Assembly (NCBI GenBank): GCA_965209095.1
Contig: OZ242381.1
Location: forward strand, 4,417,784 to 4,481,783
Reading direction: 5' to 3'
Length of the DNA stretch: 64,000 nucleotides
Origin: Candidatus Poribacteria bacterium
GTDB lineage: Bacteria; Poribacteria; WGA-4E; WGA-3G
A program made the translations under genes and the position numbers. Position 1 is the stretch's first letter. Each line of letters begins with the position of its first letter. The notes beneath the pieces are model-generated. The model saw only the letters and a list, made by a program, of their open reading frames with translations. It searched no databases and had not been told where the DNA came from. Shown here in pieces: positions 10,111 through 18,927 of this stretch.

Positions 10111-10656
10111 CTAATTTTGGTTCTTGTATTTTTCCAGTTCTGATTCAAGGTGCTGCTGCAATTCATCAGAAATCTGCTTTTCATGTGGCATTGAAGCAGC
10201 TTTGTTTACACGTGAACGATGGCGAACCCCAAAGATAACGCCACCAATTGCTATTAGAATCACCGCAGGCATAACATAAGCAAGGATATTAATACCTTCT
10301 GCTTTCATAACTGCATGGAACTGCTTGCCATAAGTGTTAAGGTAATCCTGGCGGATTTCCTCAACAGTTTCACCATCCGATAATCTATTACGAAACATGG
10401 TTTCAATCATCTGTGCTGTTTCACAAACACATTTTTTATTCGTTTCTCGGACACACCCGCACGGACAGTATGTTGTGGTAAGTAGTTCGTCCAATTGCTT
10501 GTCCAAGTACATTCCATCATCAGGTGAAACGGACAACGTTTTATCCGTTTCTTGTGCAATCGGAGCACTTGAAAAAAGAAATAGGACAGTAATCACAAGT
10601 AGAGATGTCCATATCTTTGCCGATTGATGTAAATTCAGGTTTTTCATTATATTCAC
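10111..10656 (-). CDS. CcmH/NrfF-like cytochrome c biogenesis protein (non-canonical Cys motif)
   Basis: Signal peptide, a Cys-rich periplasmic motif YCPCGCVRETNKKCVCE (in place of LRCxxC) and a C-terminal TM helix. Sits immediately downstream of ccmF. Confidence 0.45.
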   Translation of the reverse strand: MNIMKNLNLHQSAKIWTSLLVITVLFLFSSAPIAQETDKTLSVSPDDGMYLDKQLDELLTTTYCPCGCVRETNKKCVCETAQMIETMFRNRLSDGETVEEIRQDYLNTYGKQFHAVMKAEGINILAYVMPAVILIAIGGVIFGVRHRSRVNKAASMPHEKQISDELQQHLESELEKYKNQN

Positions 10657-12840
10657 CTATACTGTTTGAGATTGTGGTGTTGGAGTAGACTTCTCAGCTA
10701 TTGCTACAAGTCCACCAATAACCATTACCGCAACACCGATCCAGACAACACTTATAAGCGGATTATGGTAGATTTGAAGACTCACTTCGGTTTCCGTATC
10801 TATTTTTATAGGCATTAACATATTTGCCCCAACAACCGGTTTAGTTGGTAAAGGTCCAAGTGCAATATAGAGATCGTTCATGCCGTTGTGTCGTATCGCA
10901 GACTCAATAGTATCCTGTTCTCCTTGGCCTGTAGTAAAGTAATAGTTGCGCGAGGGTCGCATCGTTTTCGGTTTCCCACCATTCCTTCTAACTTCAAATT
11001 CAACTCCTGATTGGATAAAATTATCATGTTCTTCCAAAAACGAATCTTTCATCGTAAATTGATAATCACCGACATCCATCGATTCACCGAGTTTGAGTTT
11101 ACCATTTTCGAGCAAGTAATATCCCTTAGACCCCATAATACCTATGTATAGAATTACTATACCGATATGGACAATGTAACCTCCATATCTCCGTTTATTA
11201 CGTTGGATGAGAAGTCCTAATCCGTTTAGGAAAGATGTTGTCTGTCGTTTAGCACGAAGTTTCGCACCACGATAAAATTCACTAAATATAGCAACAAGAA
11301 CAAACGCACTTGCAAAAACACAGAGTATTGAAAAGATAGGTATCGGTTGTCCACTAAATGTAGCGAAGTCCCATACACGCGTTAAGAAATTAGGTGTTGC
11401 GACTTCAGCAGCGTCTACAGATATCTCTGCAGCAGCTTTAGCATGTGCTCTGAAAATGAGAAATAACCACGCAACTGCTCCTCCTATCAATCCGACAGAA
11501 AGTGGGGATTTGAACATACGTTGAAAATTATTTGGTGTAATCTTTTTCCATGAAATAATAGGTCCAGCACCTGTCAAGAAAAGTAGTAGCAATCCTGGAA
11601 TAATTACAACCTGATTGAAAAACGCTTCAGGAACGGCTGCTTTTTCCTTCTGAATTGCTTCAGATATAATAGGCCACAACGTTCCCCATAAAATAATTAG
11701 GGTCAAACCTACAAATAGCCAATTGTTCAAGACAAACGCGCTTTCTTTGGAAAGAAGGGATTCAAGTCGGTTAACACTTTTGAGTCGTTGCCAACGGTAA
11801 GCAACAAGTGCGATAACACCTGTTGTTGAAATGATGATAAAACCCATAAAATACCAACCAATATCGGATTGTGCAAATGCATGCACCGATGTAATAACTC
11901 CACTACGGGTTATAAATGTGCCTAATATGGTAAATTGGAAGGCTAAAGTAATTAGGAGGATATTCCACAGTTTAAGCATGTTCCGCTTTTCTTGAATCAT
12001 CACAGAATGCAGATAAGCGGTGCCGAGGAGCCATGGCATAAAGGATGCGTTTTCAACAGGGTCCCATGCCCAGTACCCGCCCCATCCGAGTTCTCTATAT
12101 GCCCAATTGCCACCCAGGGTGATACCGATGGTTAGGACAATCCAGGAAAACAACGTCCATCGACGAGAACGGTGTATCCAATCGCTGCCAATTCTTCCAG
12201 ATAGGAGTGCAGCTACAGCAAAAGCGAAAGGAATTGTTAAACTTATCCATCCAATGTATAACGTTGGGGGATGGAATGCCATACTGGGAGTCTGCAGAAG
12301 GGCGTTCATTCCTTGACCGTCAACCATGACTCTTCCATCAGGAAATCTGTCAAGGGGATTATAAACACCTTCAATCCATCCGGTAACAACAACAACGAAA
12401 AATAGTTGGACAACAGCAATGGGGATCAGAGCATAGTCAGCAAGGTTGTCAGTCGCTTTTCTGTTCTGCCAAACAACGATAGCACTACAGATAGAAAGCA
12501 ACCAGAGCCAGAATAGGAGCGAGCCAGACATTCGTCCCCACAAGGCGGTTATTTTATAAAGGAGGGGTTGTGCGGCACTGGATACCTCAACGACATATTT
12601 CATTGAGAAATCATCCGTCACAAAACTGAAAATTAATGCCCCAGTGGCGATACTGGTGAGAATGAAAGTGGCAACAACAGCGTTTCGTCCACTCTTGATA
12701 AAATTAGGTTTCCTTCCGCGCAACCCTATATAGAGTGAAACAATTGCCCATAACATAGAGAATAAGGCGAGAAATATCGCTGCTTGACCGAGTTCGGCAG
12801 CCACACTTTGTATGCTTGCCACAAACTTATCTATGAACAT
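10657..12840 (-). CDS. ccmF: Cytochrome c-type biogenesis protein CcmF (heme lyase)
   Basis: 727 aa, polytopic. Carries the WWD signature WAYRELGWGGYWAWDPVENASFMPWL. Confidence 0.85.
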   Translation of the reverse strand: MFIDKFVASIQSVAAELGQAAIFLALFSMLWAIVSLYIGLRGRKPNFIKSGRNAVVATFILTSIATGALIFSFVTDDFSMKYVVEVSSAAQPLLYKITALWGRMSGSLLFWLWLLSICSAIVVWQNRKATDNLADYALIPIAVVQLFFVVVVTGWIEGVYNPLDRFPDGRVMVDGQGMNALLQTPSMAFHPPTLYIGWISLTIPFAFAVAALLSGRIGSDWIHRSRRWTLFSWIVLTIGITLGGNWAYRELGWGGYWAWDPVENASFMPWLLGTAYLHSVMIQEKRNMLKLWNILLITLAFQFTILGTFITRSGVITSVHAFAQSDIGWYFMGFIIISTTGVIALVAYRWQRLKSVNRLESLLSKESAFVLNNWLFVGLTLIILWGTLWPIISEAIQKEKAAVPEAFFNQVVIIPGLLLLFLTGAGPIISWKKITPNNFQRMFKSPLSVGLIGGAVAWLFLIFRAHAKAAAEISVDAAEVATPNFLTRVWDFATFSGQPIPIFSILCVFASAFVLVAIFSEFYRGAKLRAKRQTTSFLNGLGLLIQRNKRRYGGYIVHIGIVILYIGIMGSKGYYLLENGKLKLGESMDVGDYQFTMKDSFLEEHDNFIQSGVEFEVRRNGGKPKTMRPSRNYYFTTGQGEQDTIESAIRHNGMNDLYIALGPLPTKPVVGANMLMPIKIDTETEVSLQIYHNPLISVVWIGVAVMVIGGLVAIAEKSTPTPQSQTV

Positions 12841-12881
12841 TATGATCCTCTAATTCTCAGACTGTTATATGGTAAAATAAC

Positions 12882-13020
12882 CCAAGTTGCCACCTATTAT
12901 TTGTAGGAGGGGTTTCTAACCCCGATTGATAACAAAAGATATAGAAATAACGAATTCTGGTGTCAATTATGGTAAATCGGGGTTAGAAACCCCTCCTACA
13001 AGCCTTAGGTGGCAACTTAG
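12882..13020. repeat. MITE-family hairpin module inserted between ccmE and ccmF
   Basis: Outer inverted repeat CCCAAGTTGCCACC / GGTGGCAACTTAGG. Inner hairpins GTAGGAGGGGTTTCTAACCCCGAT / ATCGGGGTTAGAAACCCCTCCTAC. The same module recurs at 57087-57115. Confidence 0.55.
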
Positions 13021-13023
13021 GAT

Positions 13024-13473
13024 TTAATATGAACTATCAGTAGTTTTGGCACTTTCCGCTTCTTCATATTTGGAAGCACACTTCGTGGTCACCTTATTAG
13101 CGATAATCACGTTCTGTTTTGCATCGTATCTGCCTTCAACAAAAACGTTGCCGCCATCAATGAAGTTATCCGGTTTGAGTTTGTTATAAATCACTTTGAC
13201 AGTCTCAGTTTCTGCATGCTTTGTCTCAGTTTCTTCAAGTTCACGTACGTCAAATGTCAACTTAAATTCGTCCGCATCCCATGTCGTACTCTCCTCAGAG
13301 ATGGCACCAACAAGCTGGACATTCTGATTATCCATTGTCTCAGCATTGGCAAGTAGTTTCACAGGAGTCAACTCCCGCATACTCTCTTTTTTTGTCATTG
13401 CTAACACTAAAATGACGAAACCGCTAAGCAAAATAAGACTTGCAGCGAATACTTTTAGTCTTCTCTGTTGCAT
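13024..13473 (-). CDS. ccmE: Cytochrome c maturation heme chaperone CcmE, CxxxY variant
   Basis: N-terminal TM anchor. OB-fold region LKPDNFIDGGNVFVEGRYD resembles CcmE LPDLFREGQGVVVQG. The heme-binding motif reads KCASKY instead of KHDENY. Start at 13473, with RBS GGAGGA 8 nt upstream. Confidence 0.75.
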   Translation of the reverse strand: MQQRRLKVFAASLILLSGFVILVLAMTKKESMRELTPVKLLANAETMDNQNVQLVGAISEESTTWDADEFKLTFDVRELEETETKHAETETVKVIYNKLKPDNFIDGGNVFVEGRYDAKQNVIIANKVTTKCASKYEEAESAKTTDSSY

Positions 13474-13761
13474 GTGTTCATCCTCCACAATACACGTTTG
13501 ATAACACGATAACGAAGTAAATGATGTATGAGCGTTGGAATTTATCCTATATCAACCATTGTCATTGAAATCTGTAAATCGGATGGGAATAAGTTCATTC
13601 TTCTTAAATAATACTTGACTTTGTATTTAAAATCAAGGTAAAATAGTTTCAAATTGAACTGTATTACGGAATTCCGTGCTTTATCTGATCTGCTATGGAT
13701 AAGGTCTCATTTGGCAATATATTGGTTTCTTATGTGATACAGAAAGGAATTTATCAAATCA

Positions 13762-14709
13762 ATGAATATTAATTGGCAGCACCACCCGTGGGCAGGCGTA
13801 TTCCCCGCAACCCTCTGTCCTTTCCATTCAGATGAATCAATTGACGAAGAAGGATTACGTCAATATATGCAGGAACTCGCAAGTGTAGAAGGCATAAAAG
13901 GCGTTGTCTGTAATGGACACACAGGTGAGATTATGTCCTTGCGTTTGCATGAACGGCAGCGTGTCACACAAATCACAGCAGAAGCTGTCGGTGATATGGT
14001 TAAGGTCGTTTCTGGCGTTAGCGCGGAAGGAAGTCTACCCGCAATTGATGATGCACTTGCAGCAAAGGAAGCAGGTGCAGATGCTATTCTATTGATGCCT
14101 GCACATCATTGGTTACGTTTCGGCAGAACACCTGAAACTGCGGTCGGTTATTTCCAAGATGTGGCTGAAGGTGTGGATATACCTATCATTGTGCATCAGT
14201 ATCCTGCGTGGACAAAGGCGGGATATAGCCTTGAAGAGATGTTGGAGATGGTAAAAATCCCACAAGTTGTTTGTATAAAGATGGGTACCCGTGATATGGC
14301 ACGTTGGCGATGGGATTACGAGCAACTTAAAGAAGCTGCTCCTGATGTGCCTATTTTAACTTGTCATGATGAATACCTACTCGCTTCACTATTAGAAGGC
14401 AGCGATGGCGCACTTATCGGATTTGCTGGGTTTGTTCCCGAATTGATGGTTGCAGTTGTTCACGCTGCACTCAATAACGATCTGATAGGGGCACGTAAAG
14501 CACGTAATCAGGTGGATACATTGGCACGGATTGTCTACAACTTCGGTGAACCGAGCAGCGATGCACATCAGAGAATGAAGTGTGCCAGATGGTTGATGGG
14601 TAGATTCCCTTCTATGACGATGCGTAGACCACTACGCCAATTGTCCACAGCCGAAATCAACAAAATCCGAAATGAACTTGAATCGGTTGGCTATCAATGT
14701 ATTAACTAA
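13762..14709 (+). CDS. Dihydrodipicolinate synthase / N-acetylneuraminate lyase family protein
   Basis: Class I aldolase DHDPS-family pattern (GVFPATLCPF...GVVCNGHTGE). Confidence 0.7.
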   Translation: MNINWQHHPWAGVFPATLCPFHSDESIDEEGLRQYMQELASVEGIKGVVCNGHTGEIMSLRLHERQRVTQITAEAVGDMVKVVSGVSAEGSLPAIDDALAAKEAGADAILLMPAHHWLRFGRTPETAVGYFQDVAEGVDIPIIVHQYPAWTKAGYSLEEMLEMVKIPQVVCIKMGTRDMARWRWDYEQLKEAAPDVPILTCHDEYLLASLLEGSDGALIGFAGFVPELMVAVVHAALNNDLIGARKARNQVDTLARIVYNFGEPSSDAHQRMKCARWLMGRFPSMTMRRPLRQLSTAEINKIRNELESVGYQCIN

Positions 14710-14780
14710 ATATAATAGTTGATTGGAATAAATACACTTCCAATCTTCCACTTATCCAGTCCAGTAGACTATCTCCAAAA

Positions 14781-15245
14781 TTACGATAGACAGTCCGCTA
14801 AGGTTTCTTGGAAGTCGTGAAAAGAGTCCGCGAGTGAAGCGTTAAGACTAACCTGCTTAAGTCGGTCGATGTCAGTGATGGTCTCCAGTCTCTGTCTAAT
14901 GGCGTTGACATCAAAATTAGGGAAACGTGCTTTGAGGACTGCCAATGTATTTTCAATACTCGTTTGGCGCGCCCCTTGTTCAATGCCTTGTTGAATCACA
15001 TGTTCGTAAAAAGGAGATTCTTGCATGATTGCCCCCTCATCAGGTAGGCGGACATGAAACGTCATATCGCTATGATGCATCCGAACCGTGGCGTGCTCTG
15101 TGCTCAACCGCTCTCCGACTTCCACCTCTGATGTCTTCAGTGCTAACACTGCTAAGTCCTTCGGGAACTCACCGGTAACGTGTTTGAAGATTTCATCATA
15201 GTATGGCATATAAGTATTATATCTGCATTTATGGAGAAACGTCAA
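14781..15245 (-). CDS. Rpn/YhgA-like (DUF4351) protein, short or degenerate form
   Basis: N-terminal YDEIFKHVTGEFPKDLAVLAL and C-terminal QQGIEQGARQ...LKARFPNFDV...RLETITDIDRLKQ resemble Rpn-family recombination-promoting nuclease ends. The PD-(D/E)XK core appears to be missing. Confidence 0.35.
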   Translation of the reverse strand: MTFLHKCRYNTYMPYYDEIFKHVTGEFPKDLAVLALKTSEVEVGERLSTEHATVRMHHSDMTFHVRLPDEGAIMQESPFYEHVIQQGIEQGARQTSIENTLAVLKARFPNFDVNAIRQRLETITDIDRLKQVSLNASLADSFHDFQETLADCLS

Positions 15246-15285
15246 GATTTCTACGGTTATCTAAAGTCATTTAGTTTTCACGACC

Positions 15286-17052
15286 CTACGGTGTTGAATT
15301 GTTGAGTTCTTGAAGTTTTTCCTCAATGATAGTTTTGAGTTCTTGTTGTCCCTGCTGTTCAGCAAGTTCTAAGGCAGTTTTGAGATTATTTATAGCTTCT
15401 TCAACGTTTCCTAAATCCGCCATTATAGCAGCAAGATTAGCATGGGCTTCTGTAAAATCAGGTTTTATGCGAATAGCCTCAGTATAATCCGCAAAAGCAT
15501 TTTCATATTGCTTGAGGAAATGTTTCACCATTCCTCGGCTATCGTATGCTTTTGCATAGTCCGGACTGAGGCGGATCGTTTCATCAAAATCGGCAAGAGC
15601 ATCATCAAATTGCTCAAGCATGCCTTTTACCAATCCTCTGTAATAGTATGCTTCAACATGTGTTGAGTTGAGACGAATTGTTTCATCAAAATCGGAAAGA
15701 GCATTTTCGTATTGTTCAAGTTGTGCATATACATATCCTCGTTCATAGAATGCTCCCGCATTATTTTGATCCAAATCAATTGCTTTTCCATAATCTGTTA
15801 AAGCAGCAATATATTTACGAAGATCTTTATTTACTTTCCCACGATAATAAAAACCTTTTGCATTTTCAGGATCCATACGAATCACCTGATTAAAATCTAA
15901 TAATGCATCAGCCAATTGTCCAAGCATACCATGTAAATAACCGCGTGTATTATAGGCGTTGACAAAATACGGATCTAACTCGATCGCTATATCAAAATCA
16001 GCAACTGCAGATTGATGGTCTTTTAATAATATCTTTACAATCCCTCTTAGATGATAAGAATGGACATAATCAGGATACAATTCAATGGCTTTATCAAAAT
16101 CAAGGATTGCGGATTGATATTCACTTAATTGGCACTTTACCAAACCCCTACCGATATAAGCCTCAAAATCATTCGATTTCAACCTGATTGCATCATCAAA
16201 GTCAGAAATTGCGGATTGATGCTCATTAAGTTGAAGTTTCGCCATTCCCCTACAACAATAGGCTTTAGCATAACTCGGATTTAACTCAATCGCATGATCA
16301 AAATCGTTTTTAGCAGATTTAGTTTGACCAGATTTGCCTTTTGCACAACCTCTATTAACGTAAAGTTCGGCAAAATTAGGAGCAAAACTAATTGCTTTTC
16401 CCAAGTCAGAAATTGCTTCATCATATTTGTGAAATTCCTGCAGTAAACCACCTCTGTTGTTATAAGCCACCCAAAAATTATGTTTCAGGACAATTGCCTT
16501 GCTATAAGCAGATAGGGCTTTTTCTGTCTTTTTCGCTTGATAGAGGAGAAAACCAATTGCGAAGAAAGCATGTGCAGCGATCTCATCTTCAGTTCCAGTT
16601 TCAATTGTTTCTTTCTCCACCAATTTTGGAGATTGTTCTGTCAGTTTTGGAACATAAGTGTCCTCATAGCTGCTAATAAGACGAGTAACAAATTCCATCA
16701 ATGATGCTAATATGTGATTTTCATTCTCGCCAACAGAATAGATTAATTCTTCTAATACTTCATCCAGCCACTCATATTCGTCTTCAGTCAAATTGATGAC
16801 ACCGTAATGTCCGTGTTGGTTGCCAAAAGCGATTAATCCATCTAACACCTCTACTAACCATTGATAGGCACTCTCAGAATAGGTTGTGAGCATAACAGGG
16901 GCGGATCGGTGAATGTGTGTCTGAATCGGTATAAGTTCAGCACTTGCGAACAATTGAGAACTACTCGGAATCACATCGGAGGGCACGAAATCTGATCCCA
17001 AATTCGTTAGCAATGATGGTGTGCTGAACGCAGACTGTGTTTCTGTCAACAT
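15286..17052 (-). CDS. TPR-repeat protein with HigA-N-terminal-like leader (putative HigB partner)
   Basis: Residues about 50-140 (YQWLVEVLDGLIAF...EDEYEWLDEVLEELIYSVGENENHILASLMEFVTRLISSYE) resemble the HigA antitoxin N-domain (EEQYtqALELvDhLl..dpENp.L.L...I.awEe). Residues about 170-588 form at least 11 TPR repeats. Starts 4 nt after the higB stop. Confidence 0.55.
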   Translation of the reverse strand: MLTETQSAFSTPSLLTNLGSDFVPSDVIPSSSQLFASAELIPIQTHIHRSAPVMLTTYSESAYQWLVEVLDGLIAFGNQHGHYGVINLTEDEYEWLDEVLEELIYSVGENENHILASLMEFVTRLISSYEDTYVPKLTEQSPKLVEKETIETGTEDEIAAHAFFAIGFLLYQAKKTEKALSAYSKAIVLKHNFWVAYNNRGGLLQEFHKYDEAISDLGKAISFAPNFAELYVNRGCAKGKSGQTKSAKNDFDHAIELNPSYAKAYCCRGMAKLQLNEHQSAISDFDDAIRLKSNDFEAYIGRGLVKCQLSEYQSAILDFDKAIELYPDYVHSYHLRGIVKILLKDHQSAVADFDIAIELDPYFVNAYNTRGYLHGMLGQLADALLDFNQVIRMDPENAKGFYYRGKVNKDLRKYIAALTDYGKAIDLDQNNAGAFYERGYVYAQLEQYENALSDFDETIRLNSTHVEAYYYRGLVKGMLEQFDDALADFDETIRLSPDYAKAYDSRGMVKHFLKQYENAFADYTEAIRIKPDFTEAHANLAAIMADLGNVEEAINNLKTALELAEQQGQQELKTIIEEKLQELNNSTP

Positions 17053-17055
17053 AAT

Positions 17056-17379
17056 TTACCTCTTCCAGTTGCCTCTATCATATTCTTCATGTGTGAGTAT
17101 ATGTCTAATAGAGACTTCCTGCCTTTTGTAATTAATGAATGCAATAAGGCGTACATTCCTGCCGATGTTGAAAACTGTCAATGTCGTCTTCTCTCCTGGA
17201 TGAGAAAACTTTCCCGCCCGGACTGGGGCCGGATCCGCTTGAGGAAACGTATCACGCAAATCTGTAATAGATTCGAATGTGCTCTCCTCCATCAACTCAT
17301 ACCACCGCTCAAGTCCTCGTCTGATTGTCGGATGTCTTTTGGCAAATTTATCCAGTTTTCTTCGTCCAATGATATGCAT
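17056..17379 (-). CDS. higB: Type II toxin HigB (RelE/ParE superfamily, HigB_toxin family)
   Basis: MHIIGRRKLDKF..HP....LERWY.......F....LRDTFPQAD...TVFNIGRNVRLIAFINYKRQEVSIRHILTHEEYDRGNWK matches the HigB consensus throughout, with a 12-aa insertion. Confidence 0.85.
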   Translation of the reverse strand: MHIIGRRKLDKFAKRHPTIRRGLERWYELMEESTFESITDLRDTFPQADPAPVRAGKFSHPGEKTTLTVFNIGRNVRLIAFINYKRQEVSIRHILTHEEYDRGNWKR

Positions 17380-17633
17380 TAGTTGTTTGAGTAGGAACCC
17401 TTTTATATGTAGTTGCGGTGGTTTTTACGAAATTATTATACCATACTAAGACCTAAGTTGTCAAAAATTGGAATAGTGAGAATTCTCAATGTTTGAAAAG
17501 ATTAAAGTTGACTTTTAGATAGAAAATCAAATATAATGGTCAGACGAAAAACAATCTATAATATACCTAATAACCAGGGGATCGTGTATAAAGTCAGTCT
17601 TGTAGCACAAACTATCTGAAACGAAAAGTAAAA

Positions 17634-18848
17634 ATGTCACTTTTAAAATACGCATTAATCGGTCACGGACGACGCGGATCAGCACATCTATCAACTGCTG
17701 CTGCGCTAAAAGACACATATCAAATCGTCGCAGTCTGTGATGCCCACAAAGAATCAGCAGAAGCAGGCGCAGCAAGAGTCAGTGTCAAAGCATACACCGA
17801 TGTTCGTAAGATGATTGACGAAACTTCTCCTGATGTCTGCGATGTAGTCGTTCCTGTCCAACTGCACCATATCGTTTCCTGTTACCTCTCCCGACGCGGT
17901 ATATCACATAACGTAGAAACAGGTCTTTCATCTACGCTCGGTTTGATGGATATGATGATAGCAGATGCTGCTGAAAATAGTGTTAAATTACAGACTTCTG
18001 AGAACTTCCCCTTTGTCCCCGTCGAACAGTTTGTCTGCAAACTAATTCAGGAAGATGTAATCGGCATGGTACACAAGTGCTATCGTCTATTTTCCACAAC
18101 TGGCTACCACGGTCTTGCAGCAATACGTTGCCGAATGAATGCTGTCCCCACATCAGTTAGTAGCATCGGACACTCAATGCCTGTTGTGCCTTATGTTGAC
18201 AGGGCAAAACGCGACTTCAATAGTGAAAGTCTTGAATTCTACGCCATCGATTTTAACAGTGGTGGAATCGGAATAGCAATGGTAGGAAACAAGAACAGTT
18301 GTCTCGGACGAAACAAACTCGTCGGTTTTGAAACTTGCGGTGAACGTGGCACAATTATCACAAATGGCAATCAAGGTGCATCTGGTGGTGAATCTGTTAA
18401 CGTATGTACTAACGAAGATATTAAGCAAAACGCAGGTAGAGCACAAACTTACGAATTTCAGAGAGAATATGATGAGAATAAAGTGCTGCAACGCATTTAT
18501 GTTGAACTCCCCAAATCCCTTGGTGGCACGATTGAGTGGATAAATCCCTACAGGCAAACTCAAATATCAGAGGGTGGCATTTCGCTTGCTACTATGCTTA
18601 ATGGTATTGCAACTGCTGTGAGAGAGGACACACATCCGATCTGGACCGGAGAAATGGGTAGAGCGGATCAGGAGATGGTGATCGCACGACACCGTTCTGT
18701 CCAGTCAAACCGTCAACCGATATCTCTCCCGTTGCAACCAGACCCTGACGAAGAAGCAGCGTTTGACCGTAATTTTGAGGAACAATTTGGGGTTCATCCC
18801 CGTGAAGATATTGAAAAGGCATTACAAGTTAATTTTAAGGCGCGTTAG
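17634..18848 (+). CDS. Gfo/Idh/MocA family oxidoreductase
   Basis: N-terminal Rossmann segment ALIGHGRRGSAHL with a C-terminal alpha/beta domain. Confidence 0.65.
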   Translation: MSLLKYALIGHGRRGSAHLSTAAALKDTYQIVAVCDAHKESAEAGAARVSVKAYTDVRKMIDETSPDVCDVVVPVQLHHIVSCYLSRRGISHNVETGLSSTLGLMDMMIADAAENSVKLQTSENFPFVPVEQFVCKLIQEDVIGMVHKCYRLFSTTGYHGLAAIRCRMNAVPTSVSSIGHSMPVVPYVDRAKRDFNSESLEFYAIDFNSGGIGIAMVGNKNSCLGRNKLVGFETCGERGTIITNGNQGASGGESVNVCTNEDIKQNAGRAQTYEFQREYDENKVLQRIYVELPKSLGGTIEWINPYRQTQISEGGISLATMLNGIATAVREDTHPIWTGEMGRADQEMVIARHRSVQSNRQPISLPLQPDPDEEAAFDRNFEEQFGVHPREDIEKALQVNFKAR

Positions 18849-18927
18849 TAGGTAGCTGCTATATCCAAACATCGGTAATATGCAGCTCTAAATTTGCCTA
18901 TAAACAATAATTACAGAAAGGAAATAT

